Of a stretch of DNA of 64,000 nucleotides, positions 1-9,189 are shown in pieces. Location of the stretch: NCBI GenBank assembly GCA_965220745.1, contig CBDCQT010000011.1, positions 352,001-416,000 on the forward strand. Direction: 5' to 3'. Each line of letters opens with the position of its first letter. The first letter of the stretch is position 1. Both the position numbers and the translations under genes were made by a program. The stretch is from Alphaproteobacteria bacterium. GTDB lineage: Bacteria > Pseudomonadota > Alphaproteobacteria > UBA828. The notes below the pieces were generated by a model. It was not told the origin of the DNA. It was given only the letters and a program-made list of their open reading frames with translations, and did no database searches.

Positions 1-806
1 AAAGGCTTCTCCCGCGGCAGGCAGGCGCAATCGGGATCCTCCAGGGACTGGAAGGTGGGCTGGTCGGCGGTGGTGCGGTAGGCCACCGGCAGCGCCGCCA
101 CGTGACAACTGACGGCCTCGCAAATGGGGCCGAGCAGCGGCAGCATGGAGGCCGGACCGCGCGCGCAGTTGAGCCCGACCACGTCGGCGCCCGCGTCTTC
201 CAGGCGCTTTGCCGCTTCGGCCAAGCTCAATCCGTCCCGTGTGTGCGGGTCGCGGTGGACCGCGAGGTTGATTACCGCCGTCTGGTCGGCCGCCTTGATC
301 GCTTCGAGCGCGAGCAGGGCCTCGCCGACGAAGGAGATGGTCTCGGCGACGATATAGTCCACACCCTCGTCGACGGCCCATTCCACCTGCTCGTCGAACA
401 TCGCGCGCACCTCGCGTGCGGACTCGGCGTCGCCCTCAACATAGATGTTGGAGTTGGACACATTGCCGGCGACCAGCGCGTCGCTCCCGGCCGCGGCCTC
501 GCGCGCGAGGCGCAGCGCGGTGCGGTTCAGCTCCTCGAGCGCGTCCTCCTTACCGATCACACGGAGCTTCTCGCGGTGGGCGTAGTAGGTGAAGGCGAGC
601 ATGACGTCGGAGCCCGCGTACAGGAAGTCGCGGTGCAATTGGGCTACGACCTCCGGGTGATCCAGCACCGCTTCCGGCACGTAGGCCCCGGCGGAGAGAT
701 AGCCGCGGCGCTCGATTTCGAACAGATAGCCTTCGGCGCAGATGACGGGCCCTGCCGCCAGCCGCTCAAGTAGGTCCGCTCCGCTCGATACTGCGGCGTC
801 AGTCAT
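1..806 (-). CDS. Homocysteine S-methyltransferase family protein (betaine-homocysteine methyltransferase-like), 3' end outside the window
   Basis: Not in the ORF track. Manual translation from ATG 806 (GAGGAG RBS upstream) gives MTDAAVSSGADLLERLAAGPVICAEGYLFEIERRGYLSAGAYVPEAVLDHPEVV...AFTYYAHREKL...AETISF...VVGLNCARGP. GLNC contains the Zn-ligand Cys typical of the family. Confidence 0.85.
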   Translation of the reverse strand, partial: MTDAAVSSGADLLERLAAGPVICAEGYLFEIERRGYLSAGAYVPEAVLDHPEVVAQLHRDFLYAGSDVMLAFTYYAHREKLRVIGKEDALEELNRTALRLAREAAAGSDALVAGNVSNSNIYVEGDAESAREVRAMFDEQVEWAVDEGVDYIVAETISFVGEALLALEAIKAADQTAVINLAVHRDPHTRDGLSLAEAAKRLEDAGADVVGLNCARGPASMLPLLGPICEAVSCHVAALPVAYRTTADQPTFQSLEDPDCACLPREKP

Positions 807-827
807 GGATAGCGCTCCTCATTGGTA

Positions 828-1811
828 CTAACCGGCAGGGCCGGGGTGCAGCGGTGAGTCCTTCACCCGCCAGAGAAAGCGCCGCACGATATCGCCGTAG
901 CCAGTGAACAGGAAGGCGCCATTGTCGGCGAGCACGCGCTCCCGCTCCGCCCTGTACACATGGGGCAGGTCGTACCAGGCGATGCCGGGCCGCTCGTGAT
1001 GGAGCGCATGGAAATTGTTGCCGAGGAAGAGCAGCCTCATCAGCGGGCCGGCCTCCACGATGGCCGTGCGCTGGGCTTGGTCCGGCGCGGGCCGATGCTC
1101 GGTGTAGGAGCGCAGCAGGATCAACGCGGTGCCCGGATAGACGTAGAGAATCACGTAGGCCCAAAGCGGTATGCCGCAAACGACCAGCACCCAGGTCAGC
1201 ACCAGCGCGGTCAGCACCGCGTGCGCGGCCCAGATCTGAACGCATCCCGGCTCGCCCCGGACGAACCGCGCGCCTTCCTCCCGCCAGAAAGCCAGAATCG
1301 TCATCGCCGGGCCGAGCAACAGCCGGCCCGCCAAAGTGTTGTGGACCCGGAGCAGAAGCCGCCCGCCCGGCCCGAGGCGCTGCCAGCGCGCTGGCTCCAG
1401 GTAGAAGCTCTCGGTATCCGCCAGCGGGTCGGTGAGGTGCGGCGTGGCGTGATGCGAGAGGTGGCGGCTGCGGTAGAGGGGAAAGGGCAGCCAGAGCGCG
1501 AGCGGCGCCACGGCGAGTGCGGTGTTGACCCAAGGCCGGCGTGTGGGATGGCCGTGGATGATCTCGTGCTGCAGACCGCCGTGCCAGCCGACCAGCCAGC
1601 CGCCCAGTGGCAGGACCAGCCACCAGGGCAGCACATGGTGGTACCAGGTGAGCGCCAGCCAGCCGCCGTAAACCGCCGCCGCCACGAGCCAGGTCGGCCC
1701 CTCGATGCGGCGCCAGAGGACAGGGAGGTCCGCTTGAGCGAGGGGATTGTCGAGGTTTCGTACCACGGTGACCCGGCTGTGGCGGCGACTTCGGTCCACT
1801 CTGTGACCCAT
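828..1811 (-). CDS. Membrane fatty acid desaturase family protein
   Basis: Three His boxes (HEIIH, HLSHH, HALHH) plus hydrophobic segments. Start codon uncertain. Confidence 0.85.
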   Translation of the reverse strand: MGHRVDRSRRHSRVTVVRNLDNPLAQADLPVLWRRIEGPTWLVAAAVYGGWLALTWYHHVLPWWLVLPLGGWLVGWHGGLQHEIIHGHPTRRPWVNTALAVAPLALWLPFPLYRSRHLSHHATPHLTDPLADTESFYLEPARWQRLGPGGRLLLRVHNTLAGRLLLGPAMTILAFWREEGARFVRGEPGCVQIWAAHAVLTALVLTWVLVVCGIPLWAYVILYVYPGTALILLRSYTEHRPAPDQAQRTAIVEAGPLMRLLFLGNNFHALHHERPGIAWYDLPHVYRAERERVLADNGAFLFTGYGDIVRRFLWRVKDSPLHPGPAG

Positions 1812-1928
1812 CTTGCGGTGAAACAACGTGGGAATTCGCTCGCTTCGTCATACCGTGCGTCAATTCTCGGAGGTTTGTGATATTTTGCGCCTATTGATGA
1901 TTTTTTACTGAACTTGGGGAATTAGCGC

Positions 1929-2777
1929 ATGGATAGGCGTGACACGGCGCAACGGTTCCGCGGGCGGCTGCTCGAGGCCATGGAGAAGGGGCAGGTCAAC
2001 CGATCTACGCTCGCCGCGCGGATCGGCATCGACCGCTCGACTCTCTCGCAGCTTCTATCGGCCGAGGCCGACCGCCTGCCGCGCGCCGACACCGCCGCAG
2101 CGATCGCGTCCGCCCTCAACGTGAGCCTCGACTGGCTGCTCGGGCTCAGTCAGCACACCAAGCTCGTCGCCGATATTCTGCAGGAATCGGTCGAGGTGAA
2201 GCCGAGTGCGGACGAGCCGGCGGATGAAAGTCTCGCCGCCTGGTACGCCGAAGCCGCCGGCTACAAGATCCGACACGTGCCGACCAGGCTCCCGGACCTG
2301 CTGAAGACCGAGGCGGTGCTGGACTACGAGTACCGCGATTTTGCCGCGAGGTCGGCCGACCGGGCGATCGCCATATCCCACGGCCGCCTCGCCTACGTGC
2401 GGCTACCGGAGACGGACATCGAGATCTGCATGTCGCGTCAGTCCATGGAATCCTTCACCCGTGCCGAGGGAATTTGGCGCGACCTTTCGTTATCGGCCAG
2501 GCACGAGCAGCTCGATCACATGATCGGATTGATCGACGAGCTCTACCCCACGCTGCGTGTGTTCTTCTTCGACGGCCTGACCCACTTCTCCGTGCCCTAC
2601 ACGGTGTTCGGGCCGCAGCGGACGGTGGTCTACGTCGGCCAGATGTTCTTCGCCTTCAACACGATCGAGCATATCCGCGTGCTCACGCGCCACTTCGACG
2701 CCCTGGTGCGGGCCTCGACCGTGCCGGCCCACGTGGCCGGCGATTTCCTGCGCGAGCTGCGGCGGGAGCTTAGTTAG
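1929..2777 (+). CDS. XRE-family helix-turn-helix transcriptional regulator
   Basis: N-terminal HTH (NRSTLAARIGIDRSTLSQLL...LNVSLDWLLG); divergent from the desaturase-methyltransferase pair. Confidence 0.85.
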   Translation: MDRRDTAQRFRGRLLEAMEKGQVNRSTLAARIGIDRSTLSQLLSAEADRLPRADTAAAIASALNVSLDWLLGLSQHTKLVADILQESVEVKPSADEPADESLAAWYAEAAGYKIRHVPTRLPDLLKTEAVLDYEYRDFAARSADRAIAISHGRLAYVRLPETDIEICMSRQSMESFTRAEGIWRDLSLSARHEQLDHMIGLIDELYPTLRVFFFDGLTHFSVPYTVFGPQRTVVYVGQMFFAFNTIEHIRVLTRHFDALVRASTVPAHVAGDFLRELRRELS

Positions 2778-2948
2778 AGCGAGTCCGTCTTAGACGGACT
2801 CGCGACAGGCCGCGACTGCGGCCCGCCGCCCCTGCGGCGCCATCGCGCGCCCGCGCGCGTGGACGCGCGACGCGGAGGCGCCGGCCGTCGCGCCCATAGG
2901 CGCGCGGACTCGCGCGACGGCCGGCTGCCGTGAGCGACAAAGCGCCTA
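2775..2948 (+). repeat. Multi-hairpin dispersed element (REP/MITE-like), copy 1
   Basis: TAGAGCGAGTCCGTCT-T-AGACGGACTCGCGACAGGCCGCGACTGCGGCCCGCCGC...GGCCGGCTGCCGTGAGCGACAAA. Homologous to the reverse complement of 45363-45474 and fills the gap between two convergent stop codons. Confidence 0.85.
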
Positions 2949-4262
2949 ACGCTCGCGGCGCCAGCGGATTTCGTCGAGGGCGAGGCGGGCGCGGACGCCC
3001 AGGTAAGTGATGGGTGCGGGCGGCAGCGGGTCCGGCTTTCCCTGCGCCTCCAGATCGGCGATGAGCGCATTGTCCTGGCTGGTGGCCATGTCCGCCGCAA
3101 GCACGCCCGAGATGGTGCCCTTGGTGACGCCGACCCCGTTCTGGCACACCGCCGCGAAGGTGTGGGGCCCCACCTTGCCGAAGCCCGGCGCGTGGTTGCG
3201 CGAGAGGCAGACGTAGCCGCGCCAGGTGTGTTCGATCTTGACCTCCGGCAGCATGGGGAAGCGTGCCTCGAAGGCCTGCTGGTGGTCGCGGCGAATCGTC
3301 ACTGTCTCGGCGTCCGACCGCCTCAGCCTCGGCGCGTAATAGAATCGCTGGCGGATCAGGATGCGCCGCTCGGTGGTGTAGCGCATGGTGACGCTGATGT
3401 GGGAGTTGGCCGGGGTGAGTCCCCAGTCATCCACGCCGCCGAGCGCCTGGTGTTCGGCCTCGGTCAGCGGCCGGGTCAGGCTGCCGTGGGCGGCGAAGGT
3501 CAGCAGCTTGCCTTTGAAGGCGTCGAACTGCGGCGCATAGCCGTTGACCGCGAGCACCATGGCCTGGGCGTCGACCATGCCGCCGGGGGTGGTCGCGCGA
3601 ATGCCGTTCCGTTCCTCGATCTCCATCACCGGCGTGTGCTCGTGCAGCGTCACGTTTCCCGGCAGCGTGTCGGCGAGGCCCTTGGTGAGCCCCGCCGGGT
3701 TCATGAGCCGCCCGCCCGGCGTGTAGAGGGCCGACGTGTGATAAGAGGTGCCGAGCTCCCGCTTGAGGTCGGCGGCCTCGACCCAGCGATAGGGCTCGCC
3801 CAGCGAATCAAGCACGCGCGCGAAGGGCTCCAGGATTTTCTCGCGCCCGAGGTCGGTGCGGGCGGCGTGATACTTGCCGCGATGGGTGTAGGCGCACTCG
3901 ATCCCGTTCTGGTTGACGCAGGTGTCTAGATAGTCGATCGCCGCGCGGCTGAGGCGGATGTAGCCGTGTGCGCCGGAAAGCTCCTCGAACTCGCCGCCGA
4001 CGTTGTGCGGCAGGTCGATGGCGAAGCCTGAGTTGCGCCCGGAGGCGCCTTCGCCCACCTCGTGCGCGTCCAGCAGGACGACATGGTCGTCGGGCCGGTT
4101 CTCGGCGAGCCGGCGCGCTGCGGCCAGGCCGGCGAAGCCCGCGCCCACCACCAGCCAGTCGGCCCGCACGTCGCCCTTGAGCGCGGGCGTGGGCTCTCGC
4201 GGGGGCAGGATGCGGCTCCAGCCGTTGGTGGCGTCTTCCTTGGGTAGAATCTTGACCGCCAT
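2946..4262 (-). CDS. FAD-dependent amine oxidoreductase (DAO family, PuuB-like)
   Basis: VVGAGFAGLAAA FAD motif, GASGRNSGF, CQNGVGVTKG. Confidence 0.85.
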   Translation of the reverse strand: MAVKILPKEDATNGWSRILPPREPTPALKGDVRADWLVVGAGFAGLAAARRLAENRPDDHVVLLDAHEVGEGASGRNSGFAIDLPHNVGGEFEELSGAHGYIRLSRAAIDYLDTCVNQNGIECAYTHRGKYHAARTDLGREKILEPFARVLDSLGEPYRWVEAADLKRELGTSYHTSALYTPGGRLMNPAGLTKGLADTLPGNVTLHEHTPVMEIEERNGIRATTPGGMVDAQAMVLAVNGYAPQFDAFKGKLLTFAAHGSLTRPLTEAEHQALGGVDDWGLTPANSHISVTMRYTTERRILIRQRFYYAPRLRRSDAETVTIRRDHQQAFEARFPMLPEVKIEHTWRGYVCLSRNHAPGFGKVGPHTFAAVCQNGVGVTKGTISGVLAADMATSQDNALIADLEAQGKPDPLPPAPITYLGVRARLALDEIRWRRER

Positions 4263-4321
4263 GAGCTGGCCTCCGCGCGCGTGATCGTGCCCGCCCGCTT
4301 ATCCCACTACGCGGGCAATTT

Positions 4322-5161
4322 CTAGTTCGCGTTGGGGATGAAGAGCCGCTCGCCGTCAATGGCGAAGCCGTCGATCGCCGCCTGGCCGCCGGGCGAGAGC
4401 AGCCATTCGGCGAAGACTCGCGCGAGCGCCGCCTTCACGTGCGGATGCCGCTCCGGGCTCACCAGGGTGACTCCGTACTGGTTGTGGAGCCCGGCATCGC
4501 CCTCGACCATGACCCGGAGGTCGAGCCTGCCGCGCATGGAAAGCCAGGTGCCGCGATCGGCGAGCGTGTAGGCCTCCATCATCGTCGCCGTGTTGAGCGT
4601 CGCCCCCATGCCTTGGCCTGCTTCGCGGTACCAGGTGCCCGACGCAACCGTGGGGTCCACGCCCGCCGCCGCCCAGAGCGCGCGCTCGCGCCGGTGGGTG
4701 CCGCTGTCGTCACCGCGCGAGACGAAGGGCGCCTTCGCCGCCGCGATGCCGGCAAGCGCTGCCGCCGCGTCGCCCATACCGGCGATTCCGGCCGGGTCGG
4801 CGGCGGGGCCCACGAGCACGAAGTCGTTGTACATCAGGTCGAAGCGTTCGCTGCCGTAGCCCTCGGCAACGAACGCCTCCTCCGACGGCGTGTCGTGCAC
4901 CAGCAACAGGTCCGCATCGCCGTTCCGCGCGAGCCGAAGCGCCTGGCCGGTGCCGACCGCGACGACACGCACTTCGATCCCGGTCTCGGCCTCGAACAGC
5001 GACAGCAGATGGTCGAAGAGCCCGGCGTTCTGCGTCGACGTGGTCGAGGCGACGGTGATGAAGTCGCCGGCCCGTGCTCCCGGCATCGCGAGCAGGAGCG
5101 CGCCGGCCAATGCCGCGAGCAGCCGGAAGACGCGGCCTCGGGAGCGGCCGGGCAGTCGCAT
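4322..5161 (-). CDS. tupA: Tungstate ABC transporter substrate-binding protein
   Basis: STTSTQNAGL (TTTS-like tungstate motif), VGTGQAL, SRGDDSGTH, DRGTW; signal peptide. Confidence 0.85.
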   Translation of the reverse strand: MRLPGRSRGRVFRLLAALAGALLLAMPGARAGDFITVASTTSTQNAGLFDHLLSLFEAETGIEVRVVAVGTGQALRLARNGDADLLLVHDTPSEEAFVAEGYGSERFDLMYNDFVLVGPAADPAGIAGMGDAAAALAGIAAAKAPFVSRGDDSGTHRRERALWAAAGVDPTVASGTWYREAGQGMGATLNTATMMEAYTLADRGTWLSMRGRLDLRVMVEGDAGLHNQYGVTLVSPERHPHVKAALARVFAEWLLSPGGQAAIDGFAIDGERLFIPNAN

Positions 5162-5178
5162 GGGCCGGGTTCTCTGGG

Positions 5179-5934
5179 TCAGGTTCTGGGCGGGGTGAGC
5201 TCGCGGCGCTCCCACCACAGCAGCTCGCCGCGCAGGAAGGCGCTGGCGAGCTCGTTCTCAGGCCCCGCGAAGAATGTGTCGGCTGCGGCATGCTCCAGCA
5301 GGCGGCCGCGGTGCAGGAACATCACCTCGTCCGCAAGCCGGCGCGCCTGGCCGAGATCGTGCGTGGTCATGATGATCTTGGTGCCCTCCTCGGCCATCGC
5401 CTCGATCACGCCCTCTATCACGTGGGTTGCCGCCGGGTCGAGATTGGCAGTCGGCTCGTCGAGGAAGAGCACCTGCGGGTGCAGCGCCCAGGAGCGCGCG
5501 AGCGCGAGGCGCTGCTGCTCACCGAAGGAGAGCACGCGCGCCGGCACCCGTGCAAAGGCGCCGAGCCCGGTGCGCTCCAGCGCGTCCGCGATGAGTTGCC
5601 GGCGCTCGGGCCGGGGGATGCGTCGCAGGCTGAGCGCGAAGTCGATGTTGGCGGCGACCGAGCGGCGCAGCATTACCGGCCGCTGCATCACCATCGCCTG
5701 GAAGCGCAGCGGATCTCGGCCGGCGGCGCCGTGCCACAACACCTCGCCCTCGCTCGGCGCGATCAGCCCGTGGCAGAGCCGGAGCAGGAGGCTCTTTCCG
5801 GCACCGTTGGGCCCCATGATAATCGTCTTCGGCCCCTCCGCGACGCGCATCGAGACGGACTTCAGCAGCCGCTGCCGGTCGCGCTCGAAGCTCACGCCGC
5901 GAAGCTCCAGCGGCAGGATGGAGGGCGCCGTCAT
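5179..5934 (-). CDS. tupC: Tungstate ABC transporter ATP-binding protein
   Basis: Walker A GPNGAGKS, LSFGEQQR, Walker B LDEP; in an operon with tupA and tupB. Confidence 0.85.
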   Translation of the reverse strand: MTAPSILPLELRGVSFERDRQRLLKSVSMRVAEGPKTIIMGPNGAGKSLLLRLCHGLIAPSEGEVLWHGAAGRDPLRFQAMVMQRPVMLRRSVAANIDFALSLRRIPRPERRQLIADALERTGLGAFARVPARVLSFGEQQRLALARSWALHPQVLFLDEPTANLDPAATHVIEGVIEAMAEEGTKIIMTTHDLGQARRLADEVMFLHRGRLLEHAAADTFFAGPENELASAFLRGELLWWERRELTPPRT

Positions 5935-6638
5935 CGCGGTCGTCCTTGCGCCAGCGTGCCGCGCAGGAGCGCGGCGGCGGCGCTCACCGCAATCGAGAGC
6001 GCCACCAGGACGATGCCCAAGCCCAGCGCGAGCGCGAGGTCGCCCTTGGAGACCTCAAGCGCGATCGCCGTGGTCATGACGCGGGTCACGTGATCGATGT
6101 TGCCACCCACGATCATCACCGCACCGACCTCGGCGATGGCGCGGCCGAAGCCCGCGAGCACGGCGGTGAGCAGGCTCACGCGCCCATCCCAGAGCAGCGC
6201 CATCAGCGCTCGCCGCGGCGTCGCACCCAGCGAGCGGAGCTGCTCCTCGTACTCGACCCACAGGTCCTCGATCACCTGGCGGGCGAGCGCCGCGACGATC
6301 GGGGTCACCAGCAGCACCTGGGCAATGACCATCGCGGTCGGCGTGAAGAGAAGCCCGAGCACGCCGAGCGGGCCTGCGCGCGAAAGCACGAGGTAAACCA
6401 CGAGGCCCACCACCACCGGCGGCAAGCCCATGAGCGCGTTGAGGATGACGACGATCGCCCCACGGCCGGGGAAGCGGAAGAGCGCCACCGCCGCGCCCAA
6501 GGGCAGGCCGACCGCGCTCGCCACCGCCACGGCACCGACGCTGACCTGGAGCGAGAGCAGCACAATCTCGCCCAGGTCGCTGTCGAGGTGATAGACGAGG
6601 GAGAAGGCCGCCGCGAAGGCCTCGGCGATGTCGGTCAC
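5931..6638 (-). CDS. tupB: Tungstate ABC transporter permease
   Basis: NALMGLPPVVVGL, GFGRAIAEVGAVMIVGGNI, TRVMTTAIALE. Confidence 0.88.
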   Translation of the reverse strand: MTDIAEAFAAAFSLVYHLDSDLGEIVLLSLQVSVGAVAVASAVGLPLGAAVALFRFPGRGAIVVILNALMGLPPVVVGLVVYLVLSRAGPLGVLGLLFTPTAMVIAQVLLVTPIVAALARQVIEDLWVEYEEQLRSLGATPRRALMALLWDGRVSLLTAVLAGFGRAIAEVGAVMIVGGNIDHVTRVMTTAIALEVSKGDLALALGLGIVLVALSIAVSAAAALLRGTLAQGRPR

Positions 6639-6787
6639 GCTGGCGCCCTACCGCCCGCTGAGGTGAGTGCCGGCCGCCGCCCGGCGCCGGTGCCGGCCAT
6701 GGTCCCAACAGCGCGTGCGGAACGCAACCGCCCGTTGACTTACCGCACTGAGGACGCGCAAGCCGCGAATAGGGCGAGCGAGCCGGG

Positions 6788-7867
6788 CTATGCGACCTTG
6801 GGCAGCACTTCGTTCTTGAGCAACGCCATGGACTGGTGCCAGTCCTCGTAGGGCTCCCAGTCGTGGCCCATGGCGAGCAGGGTTCCGAAGGGGCCGATCT
6901 CGCCCCTGAGGTCGTTCAGCTTCTGCGCCACCTCGTCGACACTGCCCACGATGAAGACATTGTCCACCAGGTACTCGATGGTCACGTCGCTGTCCGCCAT
7001 GTCCTGATCGTTCTTCAGCAACTTGAGCATGCCGACTTTGGGCAGGAGCCGGAAGAAGTAGTCGCGGAAATCGCGGGCGAGGACCCCTTCGCACGCGAGC
7101 TTGCGGGCCTTGGCGCTGGTTTCCGCCACCACGACCTCGCGGGCGACGCGCCACTCGCTGGCGTCGGGGGCGCGGCCCGCCTCCTGCGCGCCGTCCTCGA
7201 TCGCGTCCCAGTGGGTCTTGAGCAGCACCGGGGGCACGAGGTTGATGGACATGGGCATCCAGCCCTTCACCGCGGCCATCTTGAGCGTGGATGAGCGCGG
7301 GGAGACGCCGGCGACGCCAATCGGCGGATGCGGCTTCTGGTAGGGGCGAACATGCGCACGCAGCCCGTAATCGGTAACGGTCTCGGGGATGAGGAAGCGA
7401 AAGCCGTCGCTCTCGTAGACGCCGGGCTCAGGATCGGTCCAGAGCTTCAGGATCGTGTCGAGCGCGGCACGCGTGTAGCTCTGGTTGTTGATGGCGGGGT
7501 TTTCGCCCCAATAGCCGAAGACCTGCATGTCGCCGGGGAAGCTGCCGGTGCCGACGCCCCAGTTGAAGCGGCCCTCCGCCATGTGGTCGAGCTGCGCGAT
7601 GCGGTGGGCGAGCACGAAGGGATCGTGGTTCGGGATGCAGCTGACGCCTGTGCCCAGCCTGATCTGCTTCGTCAGCGGGATCGCCTGCGCGATGAGCAGG
7701 TCCGGCGCCGGGATGTTCTCCCACTCCGACGTGAAGTGCTCCCCGATCCAGACCTCGGCATAACCCAGCTCGTCGAGCTTGACGATCTGGTCCAGGTCCG
7801 CCTTGAGCGTCTCGGTGAAGTTCGCGCCTGGCGGGTGCAGCGGCATGGTAAAGAGACCGAGTTGCAT
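6788..7867 (-). CDS. LLM-class (luciferase-like) flavin-dependent monooxygenase
   Basis: MQLGLFTMPLH, WIGEHFT, LGTGV, LDHMAEGRFNWGVG, PYQKPHPP. Confidence 0.88.
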   Translation of the reverse strand: MQLGLFTMPLHPPGANFTETLKADLDQIVKLDELGYAEVWIGEHFTSEWENIPAPDLLIAQAIPLTKQIRLGTGVSCIPNHDPFVLAHRIAQLDHMAEGRFNWGVGTGSFPGDMQVFGYWGENPAINNQSYTRAALDTILKLWTDPEPGVYESDGFRFLIPETVTDYGLRAHVRPYQKPHPPIGVAGVSPRSSTLKMAAVKGWMPMSINLVPPVLLKTHWDAIEDGAQEAGRAPDASEWRVAREVVVAETSAKARKLACEGVLARDFRDYFFRLLPKVGMLKLLKNDQDMADSDVTIEYLVDNVFIVGSVDEVAQKLNDLRGEIGPFGTLLAMGHDWEPYEDWHQSMALLKNEVLPKVA

Positions 7868-7945
7868 CGAACTTTCTCCGGCAGTGGGATCAACGGTCGT
7901 AGCCAGCATAGCGAGACGCTTTGCCGGTCGCCAATCCGCGCGCTG

Positions 7946-8899
7946 TCAGCTCGGCGGCGGGGCGCCGGCCTTGGCGGCGATGGTCTCCCGCGCCACCCTG
8001 GCCTCGCGGTAGGCGAGGTAGAGCGTGCTCACGAAGATGACGATGCCGCCGATCCAGACGTAAAGCACCGGCACCTCGTTGAAGAGCAGATAGCCGTAGA
8101 GCGACGCCCAGATCAGGCGGAGGAAATCGACCGGAAGCACGACCGTGGCATCGGCCTCGCGGAAGGCCTGGGCGAGGCAGAGATGGGCGAGCGTCCCAAA
8201 ACTCCCCATCAGCGCGAACCAGCCGAGGTCTTCGAGCGAGGGCCATTGCCAGACGAAGGCCGCCGCGATCGACGAGAGCGGCGTGAGGAAGACCGCCATG
8301 TAGGCGGTCATCGTCAGGCTCGATTCAGTGCGGGACAGCAGCTTGATGATGATCATCGCGCCGGCCCAGACGGCAGACGAGCCCAGCACCAGCAGCGAGC
8401 CGGGGTCGAGCGCCACCATCCCCGGACGAACAATGATCAGCGCCCCGGCGAAGCCCGCGATGAGTGCGACGATGCGACGGACGCGCACCACCTCGCCCAG
8501 CAGCAGTACCGCGCCCACGGTGACGAAGAGCGGCGCGGTGAAGCTCAGTGCGGCGACGGTGCCGAGCGGCGTGATCGGGACTGCATAGAAGAACATCATC
8601 ATAGCCGAGACGTGGATCGCGCCGCGTGCGGCATGGAGCGGCAGCTTGCTCGTGCGCAACGCGCCGAAGCCGTGGCGCAGCAGGAACGGTGAAATGAACA
8701 GCAGGCCGAAGAGATTGCGGAAGAACGCGATTTCGAAGGCATGCTGCTCGCTCGATGCGATGCGGATCACCGCGTGCATCGACGCGAAGCCGATGGTAGC
8801 TCCCAGCAGCAGCAACATGCCGCGCGCCGGCGGCGGCAGGGTGTAGTAGGCGGCGAGCAGCTGCGCGAGCGGCCCGGCTCGCGGAGGCTCAGCCCGCAT
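7946..8899 (-). CDS. DMT/EamA family transporter
   Basis: About 10 hydrophobic helices; FFRN, FTAPLF...LLGE, GALIIVRPG. Confidence 0.88.
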   Translation of the reverse strand: MRAEPPRAGPLAQLLAAYYTLPPPARGMLLLLGATIGFASMHAVIRIASSEQHAFEIAFFRNLFGLLFISPFLLRHGFGALRTSKLPLHAARGAIHVSAMMMFFYAVPITPLGTVAALSFTAPLFVTVGAVLLLGEVVRVRRIVALIAGFAGALIIVRPGMVALDPGSLLVLGSSAVWAGAMIIIKLLSRTESSLTMTAYMAVFLTPLSSIAAAFVWQWPSLEDLGWFALMGSFGTLAHLCLAQAFREADATVVLPVDFLRLIWASLYGYLLFNEVPVLYVWIGGIVIFVSTLYLAYREARVARETIAAKAGAPPPS

Positions 8900-9003
8900 G
8901 GCTCGCCACGATCATGGTCTGCGTCGCGTGGGACGCGCGCGGGGCGCATAATGCACGACCCGGCCGACCGGCCGGAAAGCCGACGCCACTCCCGACCCAC
9001 CTG

Positions 9004-9170
9004 ACTCTCCGGACCATGGTGCGGGGCACAGGACGCCGCGTTCGCGCCAGGATCGGCCCATGTTGTGCACGAACGAAGGCGTCGCGGCTGGCGGGATGAG
9101 TGGGCGTTGCTCGCCCTGGGAATCCCCACCTGTCCCGCCTAATCCCGGCGCGTCCCAATTCGAAATTATG
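9004..9170 (-). repeat. Dispersed element, copy A: 71-bp core plus 10-bp-phased TCCC array
   Basis: Reverse complement of 9004-9074 matches 33529-33599 at 56/71 positions, ungapped (hand alignment). 9121-9160 reads aaTCCCcacc/tgTCCCgcct/aaTCCCggcg/cgTCCCaatt. Confidence 0.75.
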
Positions 9171-9189
9171 ATTCTTGTCTCACATCTCG

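Noticed and set aside
8941-8968. GGGGCGCATAATG resembling the XerC arm of dif
   Set aside because: No TTATGTTAAAT-like XerD arm follows; more likely part of the DMT gene promoter.
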